DNA from: Eledone cirrhosa
Lineage: Eukaryota
Length of the DNA stretch: 64,000 nt
Direction: 5' to 3'
Assembly (NCBI GenBank): GCA_964016885.1
Contig: OZ024760.1
Span: forward strand, 30,876,001 to 30,940,000
The translations under genes and the position numbers were made by a program. Of the stretch, positions 1 through 13,157 are shown piece after piece. Position 1 is the first letter of the stretch, and every line of letters begins with the position of its first letter. The notes below the pieces were generated by a model that made no database searches, was not told the DNA's origin, and saw only the letters and a program-made list of their open reading frames with translations.

Positions 1-1635
1 TGTGTAATGTAATGTAATGTAATGTAATGTAATGTAATGTAATTTAATGTGTAATGTAATGTAATGTAAAGTGTAATGTAATGTTATGTAATGTAATGTA
101 ATGTAACGTAATGTAATGTAATGTAATGTGTAATGTAATGTAATGTAATGTAATGTAATGTAATGTAATGTAACGTAATGTAATGTAATGTAATGTAATG
201 TGTAATGTAATGTAATGTAATGTAATGTAATGTAATGTAATGTAATGTAATGTGTAATGTAATGTAATGTAATGTAATGTGTAATGTAACGTAACGTAAT
301 GTAATGTAATGTGTATTTAATGTAATGTAATGTAATGTAATGTAATGTTTAACGTAATGTAATGTAATGTAATGTGTAATGTGTCACGTAATGTAATGTA
401 ATGTAATGTAATGTAATGTGTAATGTAATGTGTAATGTAATGTAATGTAATCTAATGTAATGTAATGTAATGTAATATAACATGTAATGTAATGTAATGT
501 AATGTAATGTAATGTGTAATGTAATGTAATGTAATGTGTAATGTAACGTAATGTAATGTAATGTGTAATGTCATATAATGTAATGTGTAATGTAAGGTAA
601 TGTAATGTAATGTTATGTAATGTGTAATGTAATTTAATGTAATGTAATGTAATGTGTAATGTAAGGTAATGTAATGTAATGTAATGTTTATGTGTAATGT
701 AATGTAACGCAATGTAATGTAATGTAATGTAATGTAATGTGGAATGTAATGTAATGTAATGTAATGTAATGTAATGTGTAATGTAATGTAATGTGTAATG
801 TAATGTAATGTTACGTGTAATGTAATGTAATGTAATGTAATGTGTAAAGTAATGTGTAATGTAATGTAATGTAATGTAATGTGTAATGTAATGTAATGTA
901 ATGTAATATAATGTAATGTAATGTGTAATGTAATGTAATGTAAAGTGTAATGTAATGTAATGTAATGTAATGTAATGTAATGTGTAATGTAATGTGTAAT
1001 GTAATGTAATGTAATGTGTAACGTAATGTAATGTAATGTAATGTAAGGTAATGTAATGTAATGTGTAATGTAATGTAATGTAATGTAATGTAATGTAATG
1101 TAATATAATGTGTAATGTAATGTAATGTAATGTACTGAAATGTGTAATGTAATGTAATGTAATGTAATGTAATGTAATGTAATGTAATGTAATGTAATGT
1201 GTAATGTAATGTAATGTAATGTAATGTGTAATGTAATGTAATGTAATGTAATGTGTAATGTAATGTAATGTAATGTAATGTAATGTGTAATGTAATGTAA
1301 TGTAATGTGTAATGTAAGGTAATGTAATGTGTAATGTAATGTAATGTAATGTAATGTATGTGTAATGTAATGTGTAATGTAATGTAATGTAATCTAATGT
1401 AATGTAATGTGTAATGTAATGTAATGTAATGTAATGTAATGTAATGTGTAATGTAATGTGTAATGTAATGTAAAGTAATGTAATGTAATGTAATGTGTAA
1501 TGTAATGTAATGTAATGTAATGTAATGTAATATAATTGTTTCTACTTTAGGCACAAGGCCAGCAATTACCCAGTGCATTACTGGTACTTTATTTTATCGA
1601 CCCCGTAAGGATGAAAGGCAAAGTCAACCACGGCG

Positions 1636-1646
1636 GGATTTGAACT
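1636..1646 (-). promoter_or_regulatory. RNA Pol III type-2 internal promoter, B box (shown for copy 1)
   Basis: AGTTCAAATCC matches GTTCRANNC and lies about 52 nt downstream of the A box. Confidence 0.8.
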
Positions 1647-1698
1647 CAGATCGTAAATGGACGTAACTATGCTGGAAAGCATGACGTCCGACCCTCTA

Positions 1699-1710
1699 CC
1701 GATACTGCCA
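1699..1710 (-). promoter_or_regulatory. RNA Pol III type-2 internal promoter, A box (shown for copy 1)
   Basis: TGGCAGTATCGG begins at the 11th nt of the element and approximates the consensus TRGCNNARYNGG. Confidence 0.7.
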
Positions 1711-1720
1711 ATCCACCACC

Positions 1721-1729
1721 GTAATATAA
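1721..1729 (+). repeat. Candidate target-site duplication GTAATATAA (partner at 1527-1535)
   Basis: The same 9-mer, which contains the variant unit AATAT, sits on both sides of the SINE. The low-complexity context limits certainty. Confidence 0.55.
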
Positions 1730-4700
1730 AGTGTGATGTAATGTGTAATGTAATGTAATGTAATGTAATGTAATGTAATGTAATGTAATGTAATGTGTAA
1801 TGTAATGTAATGTAATGTAATGTAACGTAATGTAATGTAATGTAATGTAATGTAAAGTGTAATGTAATGTAATGTAATGTAATGTAATGTAATGTAATGT
1901 GTAATGCAATTCAATGTAATGTAATGTAATGTAATGTAATGTAATGTAATGTAATGTAATGTAATATAATGTAATGTAATGTGTAATGTAATGAATGTAA
2001 TGTAATGTAATGTAATGTAATGTGTAATGTAATGTAATGTGTAATGTAATGTAATGTAATGTAATGTAATGTAATGTGTAAGGTAATGTAATGTAATGTA
2101 ATGTGTAATGTAATGTAATATAATGTAACGTAATGTAATGTAATGTGTAACGTAATGTAATGTAATGTAATGTGATGTAATGTAATGTGTAACGTAATGT
2201 AATGTGTAATGTAATGTAATTTAAAGTAATGTAATGTAATGTAATGTAATGTAATGTAATGTAATGTAATGTAATGTGTAATGTAATGTAATGTAATGTG
2301 TAATGTAATGTAATGTATAATGTAATGTAATGTAATGTAATTAATGTAATGTAATGTGTAATGTAATGTAATGTAATGTAATGTAATGTAATGTAATGTA
2401 ATGTAATGTAATGTAATGTGTAATGTGTAATGTAATGTAACGTAATGTAACGTAATGTAATGTAATGTAATGTAATGTAATGTGTAATGTAATGTAATGT
2501 AATGTAATGTAATGTAATGTAATGTGTAATGTAATGTAATGTGTAATGTAATGTAATGTAATGTAATGTAATGTAATGTAATGTGTAATGTAATGTAATG
2601 TAATGTAATGTAATGTAATGTAATGTCTAATGTAATGTAATGTAATGTAATGTGTAATGTAATGTAATGTAATGTAATGTAATGTCTAATGTAATGTAAT
2701 GTAATGTAATGTGTAATGTAATGTAATGTAATGTAATGTAATGTGATGTGTAATGTAATGTAATGTAATGTAATGTAATGTAATGTAATGTAATGTAATG
2801 TAATGTAATGTAATGTAATGTAATGTAATGTAATGTAATGTGTAATGTAACGTAATGTAATGTAATGTAATGTGTAATTTAATGTAATGTAATGTAATGT
2901 AATGTGTAATGTAATGTAATGTAATGTAATGTAATGTAATGTGTAATGTAATGTAATGTAATGTAATGTAATGTAGTGTAATGCAATGTAATGTAATGTA
3001 ATGTAATGTGTAATGTAATGTAATGTAATGTAATGTAATGTAATCTAATGTGTAATGTAATGTAATGTAATGTAATGTAATGTAATTTAATGTGTAATGT
3101 AATGTAATGTAAAGTGTAATGTAATGTTATGTAATGTAATGTAATGTAACGTAATGTAATGTAATGTAATGTAATGTGTAATGTAATGTAATGTAATGTA
3201 ATGTAATGTAATGTAATGTAACGTAATGTAATGTAATGTAATGTAATGTGTAATGTAATGTAATGTAATGTAATGTAATGTAATGTAATGTAATGTGTAA
3301 TGTAATGTAATGTAATGTAATGTGTAATGTAACGTAACGTAATGTAATGTGATGTGTAATTTAATGTAATGTAATGTAATGTAATGTAATGTTTAACGTA
3401 ATGTAATGTAATGTAATGTGTAATGTGTCATGTAATGTAATGTAATGTAATGTAATGTAATGTGTAATGTAATGTAATGTAATCTAATGTAATGTAATGT
3501 AATGTAATGTAACATGTAATGTAATGTAATGTAATGTAATGTAATGTGTAATGTAATGTAATGTAATGTGTAATGTAACGTAATGTAATGTAATGTGTAA
3601 TGTCATATAATGTAATGTGTAATGTAAGGTAATGTAATGTAATGTAATGTAATGTGTAATGTAATTTAATGTAATGTAATGTAATGTGTAATGTAAGGTA
3701 ATGTAATGTAATGTAATGTTTATGTGTAATGTAATGTAACGCAATGTAATGTAATGTAATGTAATGTAATGTGGAATGTAATGTAATGTAATGTAATGTA
3801 ATGTGTAATGTAATGTAATGTGTAATGTAATGTAATGTAATGTAATGTAATGTAATGTGTAAAGTAATGTAATATGTAATGTAATGTAATGTTACGTGTA
3901 ATGTAATGTAATGTAATGTAATGTAATGTAATCTGTAAAGTAATGTGTAATGTAATGTAATGTAATGTGTAATGTAATGTAATGTAATGTAATGTAATGT
4001 AATCTAATGTGTAATGTAATGTAATGTAATGTAATGTAATGTAATTTAATGTGTAATGTAATGTAATGTAAAGTGTAATGTAATGTTATGTAATGTAATG
4101 TAATGTAACGTAATGTAATGTAATGTAATGTGTAATGTAATGTAATGTAATGTAATGTAATGTAATGTAATGTAATGTAATGTAACATAATGTAATGTAA
4201 TGTAATGTAATGTGTAATGTAATGTAATGTAATGTAATGTAATGTAATGTAATGTAATGTGTAATGTAATGTAATGTAATGTAATGTGTAATGTAACGTA
4301 ACGTAATGTAATGTAATGTGTATTTAATGTAATGTAATGTAATGTAATGTAATGTTTAACGTAATGTAATGTAATGTAATGTGTAATGTGTCATGTAATG
4401 TAATGTAATGTAATGTAATGTAATGTGTAATGTAATGTGTAATGTAATGTAATGTAATCTAATGTAATGTAATGTAATGTAATATAACATGTAATGTAAT
4501 GTAATGTAATGTAATGTAATGTGTAATGTAATGTAATGTAATGTGTAATGTAACGTAATGTAATGTAATGTGTAATGTCATATAATTTAATGTGTAATGT
4601 AAGGTAATGTAATGTAATGTTATGTAATGTGTAATGTAATTTAATGTAATGTAATGTAATGTGTAATGTAAGGTAATGTAATGTAATGTAATGTTTATGT

Positions 4701-5523
4701 GTAATGTAATGTAACGCAATGTAATGTAATGTAATGTAATGTAATGTGGAATGTAATGTAATGTAATGTAATGTAATGTAATGTGTAATGTAATGTAATG
4801 TGTAATGTAATGTAATGTTACGTGTAATGTAATGTAATGTAATGTAATGTGTAAAGTAATGTGTAATGTAATGTAATGTAATGTAATGTGTAATGTAATG
4901 TAATGTAATGTAATGTAATATAATGTAATGTAATGTGTAATGTAATGTAATGTAAAGTGTAATGTAATGTAATGTAATGTAATGTAATGTAATGTGTAAT
5001 GTAATGTGTAATGTAATGTAATGTAATGTGTAACGTAATGTAATGTAATGTAATGTAAGGTAATGTAATGTAATGTGTAATGTAATGTAATGTAATGTAA
5101 TGTAATATAATGTGTAATGTAATGTAATGTACTGAAATGTGTAATGTAATGTAATGTAATGTAATGTAATGTAATGTAATGTAATGTAATGTGTAATGTA
5201 ATGTAATGTAATGTAATGTGTAATGTAATGTAATGTAATGTAATGTGTAATGTAATGTAATGTAATGTAATGTAATGTGTAATGTAATGTAATGTAATGT
5301 GTAATGTAAGGTAATGTAATGTGTAATGTAATGTAATGTAATGTAATGTATGTGTAATGTAATGTGTAATGTAATGTAATGTAATCTAATGTAATGTAAT
5401 GTGTAATGTAATGTAATGTAATGTAATGTAATGTAATGTGTAATGTAATGTGTAATGTAATGTAAAGTAATGTAATGTAATGTAATGTGTAATGTAATGT
5501 AATGTAATGTAATGTAATGTAAT

Positions 5524-5712
5524 ATAATTGTTTCTACTTTAGGCACAAGGCCAGCAATTACCCAGTGCATTACTGGTACTTTATTTTATCGACCCCGTAA
5601 GGATGAAAGGCAAAGTCAACCTCGGCGGGATTTGAACTCAGATCGTAAATGGACGTAACTATGCTGGAAAGCATGACGTCCGACCCTCTACCGATACTGC
5701 CAATCCACGACC
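5524..5712 (-). mobile_element. SINE copy 2 (group A)
   Basis: Near-identical to copy 1; private variant ccacgacc at the 5' end. Confidence 0.88.
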
Positions 5713-7803
5713 GTAATATAAAGTGTGATGTAATGTGTAATGTAATGTAATGTAATGTAATGTAATGTAATGTAATGTGTAATGTAATGTAATGTAATGT
5801 AATGTAATGTAATGTAACGTAATGTAATGTAATGTAATGTAATGTAAAGTGTAATGTAATGTAGTGTAATGTAATGTAATGTAATGTAATGTGTAATGCA
5901 ATTCAATGTAATGTAATGTAATGTAATGTAATGTAATGTAATGTAATGTAATGTAATATAATGTAATGTAATGTGTAATGTAATGAATGTAATGTAATGT
6001 AATGTAATGTAATGTGTAATGTAATGTAATGTGTAATGTAATGTAATGTAATGTAATGTAATGTAATGTGTAATGTAATGTAATGTAATGTAATGTGTAA
6101 TGTAATGTAATGTAATGTAACGTAATGTAATGTAATGTGTAACGTAATGTAATGTAATGTAATGTGATGTAATGTAATGTGTAACGTAATGTAATGTGTA
6201 ATGTAATGTAATTTAAAGTAATGTAATGTAATGTAATGTAATGTAATGTAATGTAATGTAATGTAATGTGTAATGTAATGTAATGTAATGTGTAATGTAA
6301 TGTAATGTATAATGTAATGTAATGTAATGTAATTAATGTAATGTAATGTGTAATGTAATGTAATGTAATGTAATGTAATGTAATGTAATGTAATGTAATG
6401 TAATGTAATGTGTAATGTGTAATGTAATGTAACGTTATGTAACGTAATGTAATGTAATGTAATGTAATGTAATGTGTAATGTAATGTAATGTAATGTAAT
6501 GTAATGTAATGTAATGTGGAATGTAATGTAATGTAATGTGTAATGTAATGTAATGTAATGTAATGTAATGTAATGTGTAATGTAATGTAATGTAATGTAA
6601 TGTAATGTAATGTAATGTCTAATGTAATGTAATGTAATGTAATGTGTAATGTAATGTAATGTAATGTAATGTAATGTCTAATGTAATGTAATGTAATGTA
6701 ATGTGTAATGTAATGTAATGTAATGTAATGTAATGTAATGTGTAATGTAATGTAATGTAATGTAATGTAATGTAAAGTAATGTAATGTAATGTAATGTAA
6801 TGTAATGTAATGTAATGTAATGTAATGTGTAATGTAACGTAATGTAATGTAATGTAATGTGTAATTTAATGTAATGTAATGTAATGTAATGTGTAATGTA
6901 ATGTAATGTAATGTAATGTAATGTAATGTGTAATGTAATGTAATGTAATGTAATGTAATGTAGTGTAATGCAATGTAATGTAATGTAATGTAATGTGTAA
7001 TGTAATGTAATGTAATGTAATGTAATGTAATGTAATCTAATGTGTAATGTAATGTAATGTAATGTAATGTAATGTAATTTAATGTGTAATGTAATGTAAT
7101 GTAAAGTGTAATGTAATGTTATGTAATGTAATGTAATGTAACGTAATGTAATGTAATGTAATGTAATGTGTAATGTAATGTAATGTAATGTAATGTAATG
7201 TAATGTAATGTAATGTAATGTAACGTAATGTAATGTAATGTAATGTAATGTGTAATGTAATGTAATGTAATGTAATGTAATGTAATGTAATGTAATGTGT
7301 AATGTAATGTAATGTAATGTAATGTGTAATGTAACGTAACGTAATGTAATGTAATGTGTATTTAATGTAATGTAATGTAATGTAATGTAATGTTTAACGT
7401 AATGTAATGTAATGTAATGTAATGTAATGTAATGTAATGTGTAATGTAACGTAATGTAATGTAATGTAATGTGTAATTTAATGTAATGTAATGTAATGTA
7501 ATGTGTAGTGTAATGTAATGTAATGTAATGTGTAATGTAATGTAATGTAATGTAATGTAATGTGTAATGTAATGTAATGTAATGTGTAATGTAAGGTAAT
7601 GTAATGTGTAATGTAATGTAATGTAATGTAATGTATGTGTAATGTAATGTGTAATGTAATGTAATGTAATCTAATGTAATGTAATGTGTAATGTAATGTA
7701 ATGTAATGTAATGTAATGTGTAATGTAATGTGTAATGTAATGTAAAGTAATGTAATGTAATGTAATGTGTAATGTAATGTAATGTAATGTAATGTAATGT
7801 AAT

Positions 7804-7992
7804 ATAATTGTTTCTACTTTAGGCACAAGGCCAGCAATTACCCAGTGCGTTACTGGTACTTTATTTTATCGACCCCGTAAGGATGAAAGGCAAAGTCAAC
7901 CTCGGCGGGATTTGAACTCAGATCGTAAATGGACGTAACTATGCTGGAAAGCATGACGTCCGACCCTCTACCGATACTGCCAATCCACCACC
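7804..7992 (-). mobile_element. SINE copy 3 (group A)
   Basis: Near-identical; private variant cagtgcgtt. Confidence 0.88.
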
Positions 7993-10445
7993 GTAATATA
8001 AAGTGTGATGTAATGTGTAATGTAATGTAATGTAATGTAATGTAATGTAAAGTAATGTAATGTGTAATGTAATGTAATGTAATGTAATGTAACGTAATGT
8101 AATGTAATGTAATGTAATGTAATGTAAAGTGTAATGTAATGTAATGTAATGTAATGTAATGTGTAATGCAATTCAATGTAATGTAATGTAATGTAATGTA
8201 ATGTAATGTAATGTAATGTAATATAATGTAATGTAATGTGTAATGTAATGAATGTAATGTAATGTAATGTAATGTAATGTGTAATGTAATGTAATGTGTA
8301 ATGTAATGTAATGTAATGTAATGTAATGTAATGTGTAATGTAATGTAATGTAATGTGTAATGTAATGTAATGTAATGTAACGTAATGTAATGTAATGTGT
8401 AACGTAATGTAATGTAATGTAATGTGATGTAATGTAATGTGTAACGTAATGTAATGTGTAATGTAATGTAATGTAAAGTAATGTAATGTAATGTAATGTA
8501 ATGTAATGTAATGTAATGTAATGTAATGTAATGTAATGTGTAATGTAATGTAATGTAATGTGTAATGTAATGTAATGTGTAATGTAATGTAATGTAATGT
8601 AATGTAATGTAATGTAAAGTAATGTAATGTAATGTAATGTAATGTAATGTAATGTAATGTAATGTAATGTGTAATGTAACGTAATGTAATGTAATGTAAT
8701 GTGTAATTTAATGTAATGTAATGTAATGTAATGTGTAATGTAATGTAACGTAATGTAATGTAATGTAATGTGTAATGTAATGTAATGTAATGTAATGTAA
8801 TGTAGTGTAATGCAATGTAATGTAATGTAATGTAATGTGTAATGTAATGTAATGTAATGTAATGTAATGTAATCTAATGTGTAATGTAATGTAATGTAAT
8901 GTAATGTAATGTAATTTAATGTGTAATGTAATGTAATGTAATGTGTAATGTAATGTTATGTAATGTAATGTAATGTAACGTAATGTAATGTAATGTAATG
9001 TAATGTGTAATGTAATGTAATGTAATGTAATGTAATGTAATGTAATGTAACGTAATGTAATGTAATGTAATGTAATGTGTAATGTAATGTAATGTAATGT
9101 AATGTAATGTAATGTGTAATGTAATGTAATGTAATGTAATGTGTAATGTAACGTAACGTAATGTAATGTAATGTGTAATTTAATGTAATGTAATGTAATG
9201 TAATGTAATGTTTAACGTAATGTAATGTAATGTAATGTGTAATGTGTCATGTAATGTAATGTAATGTAATGTAATGTAATGTGTAATGTAATGTAATGTA
9301 ATCTAATGTAATGTAATGTAATGTAATGTAACATGTAATGTAATGTAATGTAATGTAATGTAATGTGTAATGTAATGTAATGTAATGTGTAATGTAACGT
9401 AATGTAATGTAATGTGTAATGTCATATAATGTAATGTGTAATGTAAGGTAATGTAATGTAATGTAATGTAATGTGTAATGTAATTTAATGTAATGTAATG
9501 TAATGTGTAATGTAAGGTAATGTAATGTAATGTAATGTTTATGTGTAATGTAATGTAACGCAATGTAATGTAATGTAATGTAATGTAAGGTAATGTAATG
9601 TAATGTAATGTAATGTGTAATGTAATTTAATGTAATGTAATGTAATGTGTAATGTAAGGTAATGTAATGTAATGTAATGTTTATGTGTAATGTAATGTAA
9701 CGCAATGTAATGTAATGTAATGTAATGTAATGTGGAATGTAATGTAATGTAATGTAATGTAATGTGTAATGTAATGTAATGTGTAATGTAATGTAATGTT
9801 ACGTGTAATGTAATGTAATGTAATGTAATGTGTAAAGTAATGTGTAATGTAATGTAATGTAATGTAAAGTGTAATGTAATGTAATGTAATGTAATGTAAT
9901 GTAATGTGTAATGTAATGTGTAATGTAATGTAATGTAATGTGTAACGTAATGTAATGTAATGTAATGTAAGGTAATGTAATGTAATGTAATGTGTAATGT
10001 AATGTAATGTAATGTAATGTAATATAATGTGTAATGTAATGTAATGTAATGTACTGAAATGTGTAATGTAATGTAATGTAATGTAATGTAATGTAATGTA
10101 ATGTAATGTAATGTGTAATGTAATGTAATGTAATGTAATGTAATGTGCAATGTAATGTAATGTAATGTAATGTGTAATGTAATGTAATGTAATGTAATGT
10201 AATGTGTAATGTAATGTAATGTAATGTGTAATGTAAGGTAATGTAATGTGTAATGTAATGTAATGTAATGTAATGTATGTGTAATGTAATGTGTAATGTA
10301 ATGTAATGTAATCTAATGTAATGTAATGTGTAATGTAATGTAATGTAATGTAATGTAATGTGTAATGTAATGTGTAATGTAATGTAAAGTAATGTAATGT
10401 AATGTAATGTGTAATGTAATGTAATGTAATGTAATGTAATGTAAT

Positions 10446-10634
10446 ATAATTGTTTCTACTTTAGGCACAAGGCCAGCAATTACCCAGTGCATTACTGGTA
10501 CTTTATTCTATCGACCCCGTAAGGATGAAAGGCAAAGTCAACCTCGGCGGGATTTGAACTCAGATCGTAAATGGACGTAACTATGCTGGAAAGCATGACG
10601 TCCGACCCTCTACCGATACTGCCAATCCACCACC
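10446..10634 (-). mobile_element. SINE copy 4 (group A, ttattctatc variant)
   Basis: Near-identical; shares ttattctatc with copies 7 and 11. Confidence 0.88.
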
Positions 10635-12968
10635 GTAATATAAAGTGTGATGTAATGTGTAATGTAATGTAATGTAATGTAATGTAATGTAATGTAATGT
10701 AATGTGTAATGTAATGTAATGTAATGTAACGTAATGTAATGTAATGTGTAATGTAATGTAATGTAATGTAATGTAACGTAATGTAATGTAATGTAATGTA
10801 ATGTAATGTGTAATGTAATGTAATGTAATGTAATGTAATGTAATGTAATGTAATGTAATCTGTAATGTAATGTAATGTAATGTAATGTAATGTGTAATGT
10901 AACGTAACGTAATGTAATGTAATGTGTAATTTAATGTAATGTAATGTAATGTAATGTAATGTTTAACGTAATGTAATGTAATGTAATGTGTAATGTGTCA
11001 TGTAATGTAATGTAATGTAATGTAATGTAATGTAATGTGTAATGTAATCTAATCTAATCTAATGTAATGTAATGTAATGTAATGTAATGTAATGTAATGT
11101 AATGTAATGTAATGTCATGTAATGTAATGTAACGTGTAATGTAATGTGTAATGTAAGGTAATGTAATGTAATGTAATGTAATGTAATGTGTAATGTAATG
11201 TAATGTAATGTAATGTAATGTGTAATGTAAGGTAATGTAATGTAATGTAATGTAATGTGTAATGTAATGTAACGTAATGTAATGTAATGTAATGTAATGT
11301 AATGTAATGTAATGTAATGTAATGTAATGTGTAAAGTAATGTAATATGTAATGTAATGTAATGTTACGTGTAATGTAATGTAATGTAATGTAATGTAATG
11401 TAATCTGTAAAGTAATGTGTAATGTAATGTAATGTAATGTAATGTGTAATGTAATGTAATGTAATGTAATGTAATGTAATCTAATGTGTAATGTAATGTA
11501 ATGTAATGTAATTTAATGTGTAATGTAATGTAATGTAAAGTGTAATGTAATGTTATGTAATGTAATGTAATGTAACGTAATGTAATGTAATGTAATGTAA
11601 TGTGTAATGTAATGTAATGTAATGTAATGTAATGTAATGTAATGTAATGTAACGTAATGTAATGTAATGTAATGTAATGTGTAATGTAATGTAATGTAAT
11701 GTAATGTAATGTAATGTAATGTAATGTGTAATGTAATGTAATGTAATGTAATGTGTAATGTAACGTAACGTAATGTAATGTAATGTGTATTTAATGTAAT
11801 GTAATGTAATGTAATGTAATGTTTAACGTAATGTAATGTAATGTAATGTGTAATGTGTCATGTAATGTAATGTAATGTAATGTAATGTAATGTGTAATGT
11901 AATGTAATGTAATCTAATGTAATGTAATGTAATGTAATGTAACATGTAATGTAATGTAATGTAATGTAATGTAATGTGTAATGTAATGTAATGTAATGTG
12001 TAATGTAACGTAATGTAATGTAATGTGTAATGTCATATAATGTAATGTGTAATGTAAGGTAATGTAATGTAATGTAATGTAATGTGTAATGTAATTTAAT
12101 GTAATGTAATGTGTAATGTAAGGTAATGTAATGTAATGTAATGTTTATGTGTAATGTAATGTAACGCAATGTAATGTAATGTAATGTAATGTAATGTGGA
12201 ATGTAATGTAATGTAATGTAATGTAATGTGTAATGTAATGTAATGTGTAATGTAATGTAATGTTACGTGTAATGTAATGTAATGTAATGTAATGTGTAAA
12301 GTAATGTGTAATGTAATGTAATGTAATGTAATGTGTAATGTAATGTAATGTAATGTAATGTAATATAATGTAATGTAATGTGTAATGTAATGTAATGTAA
12401 AGTGTAATGTAATGTAATGTAATGTAATGTAATGTAATGTGTAATGTAATGTGTAATGTAATGTAATGTAATGTGTAACGTAATGTAATGTAATGTAATG
12501 TAAGGTAATGTAATGTAATGTGTAATGTAATGTAATGTAATGTAATATAATGTGTAATGTAATGTAATGTAATGTACTGAAATGTGTAATGTAATGTAAT
12601 GTAATGTAATGTAATGTAATGTAATGTAATGTAATGTAATGTGTAATGTAATGTAATGTAATGTAATGTGTAATGTAATGTAATGTAATGTAATGTGTAA
12701 TGTAATGTAATGTAATGTAATGTAATGTGTAATGTAATGTAATGTAATGTGTAATGTAAGGTAATGTAATGTGTAATGTAATGTAATGTAATGTATGTGT
12801 AATGTAATGTGTAATGTAATGTAATGTAATCTAATGTAATGTAATGTGTAATGTAATGTAATGTAATGTAATGTAATGTAATGTGTAATGTAATGTGTAA
12901 TGTAATGTAAAGTAATGTAATGTAATGTAATGTGTAATGTAATGTAATGTAATGTAATGTAATGTAAT

Positions 12969-13157
12969 ATAATTGTTTCTACTTTAGGCACAAGGCCAGC
13001 AATTACCCAGTGCATTACTGGTACTTTATTTTATCGACCCCGTAAGGATGAAAGGCAAAGTCAACCTCGGCGGGATTTGAACTCAGATCGTAAATGGACG
13101 TAACTATGCTGGAAAGCATGACGTCCGACCCTCTACCGATACTGCCAATCCACCACC
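12969..13157 (-). mobile_element. SINE copy 5 (group A)
   Basis: Matches the group A consensus. Confidence 0.88.

Larger units (their letters stand above)
1532..1720 (-). mobile_element. tRNA-derived SINE, copy 1 (group A)
   Basis: Minus strand reads GGTGGTGGAT-TGGCAGTATCGG (A box)...AGTTCAAATCC (B box)...GCCTTTCATCCTTACGGGGTCGATAAAATAAAGTACCAGT...CCTTGTGCCTAAAGTAGAAACAATTAT. The central and 3' parts resemble octopus SINEs as I recall them. Private variant caaccacgg. Confidence 0.88.

Noticed and set aside
1625-1720. Functional tRNA gene cluster
   Set aside because: A and B boxes are present, but I could not build a canonical cloverleaf: the T stem pairs poorly and there is no 7-nt anticodon loop. 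About 100 bp of non-tRNA body follows, as expected for a SINE. tRNAscan-SE would settle this.
1532-1720. Hammerhead ribozyme or retrozyme monomer
   Set aside because: I found no CUGANGA core suitably placed with a GAAA on either strand. The Pol III boxes explain the element better.
7850-8176. ORFs with non-repetitive parts (MHWVIAGLVPKVET..., ...SSNPAEVDFAFHPYGVDKIKYQ)
   Set aside because: These are chance translations of the non-coding SINE fused to satellite. There is no recognisable domain and frames are not preserved between copies.
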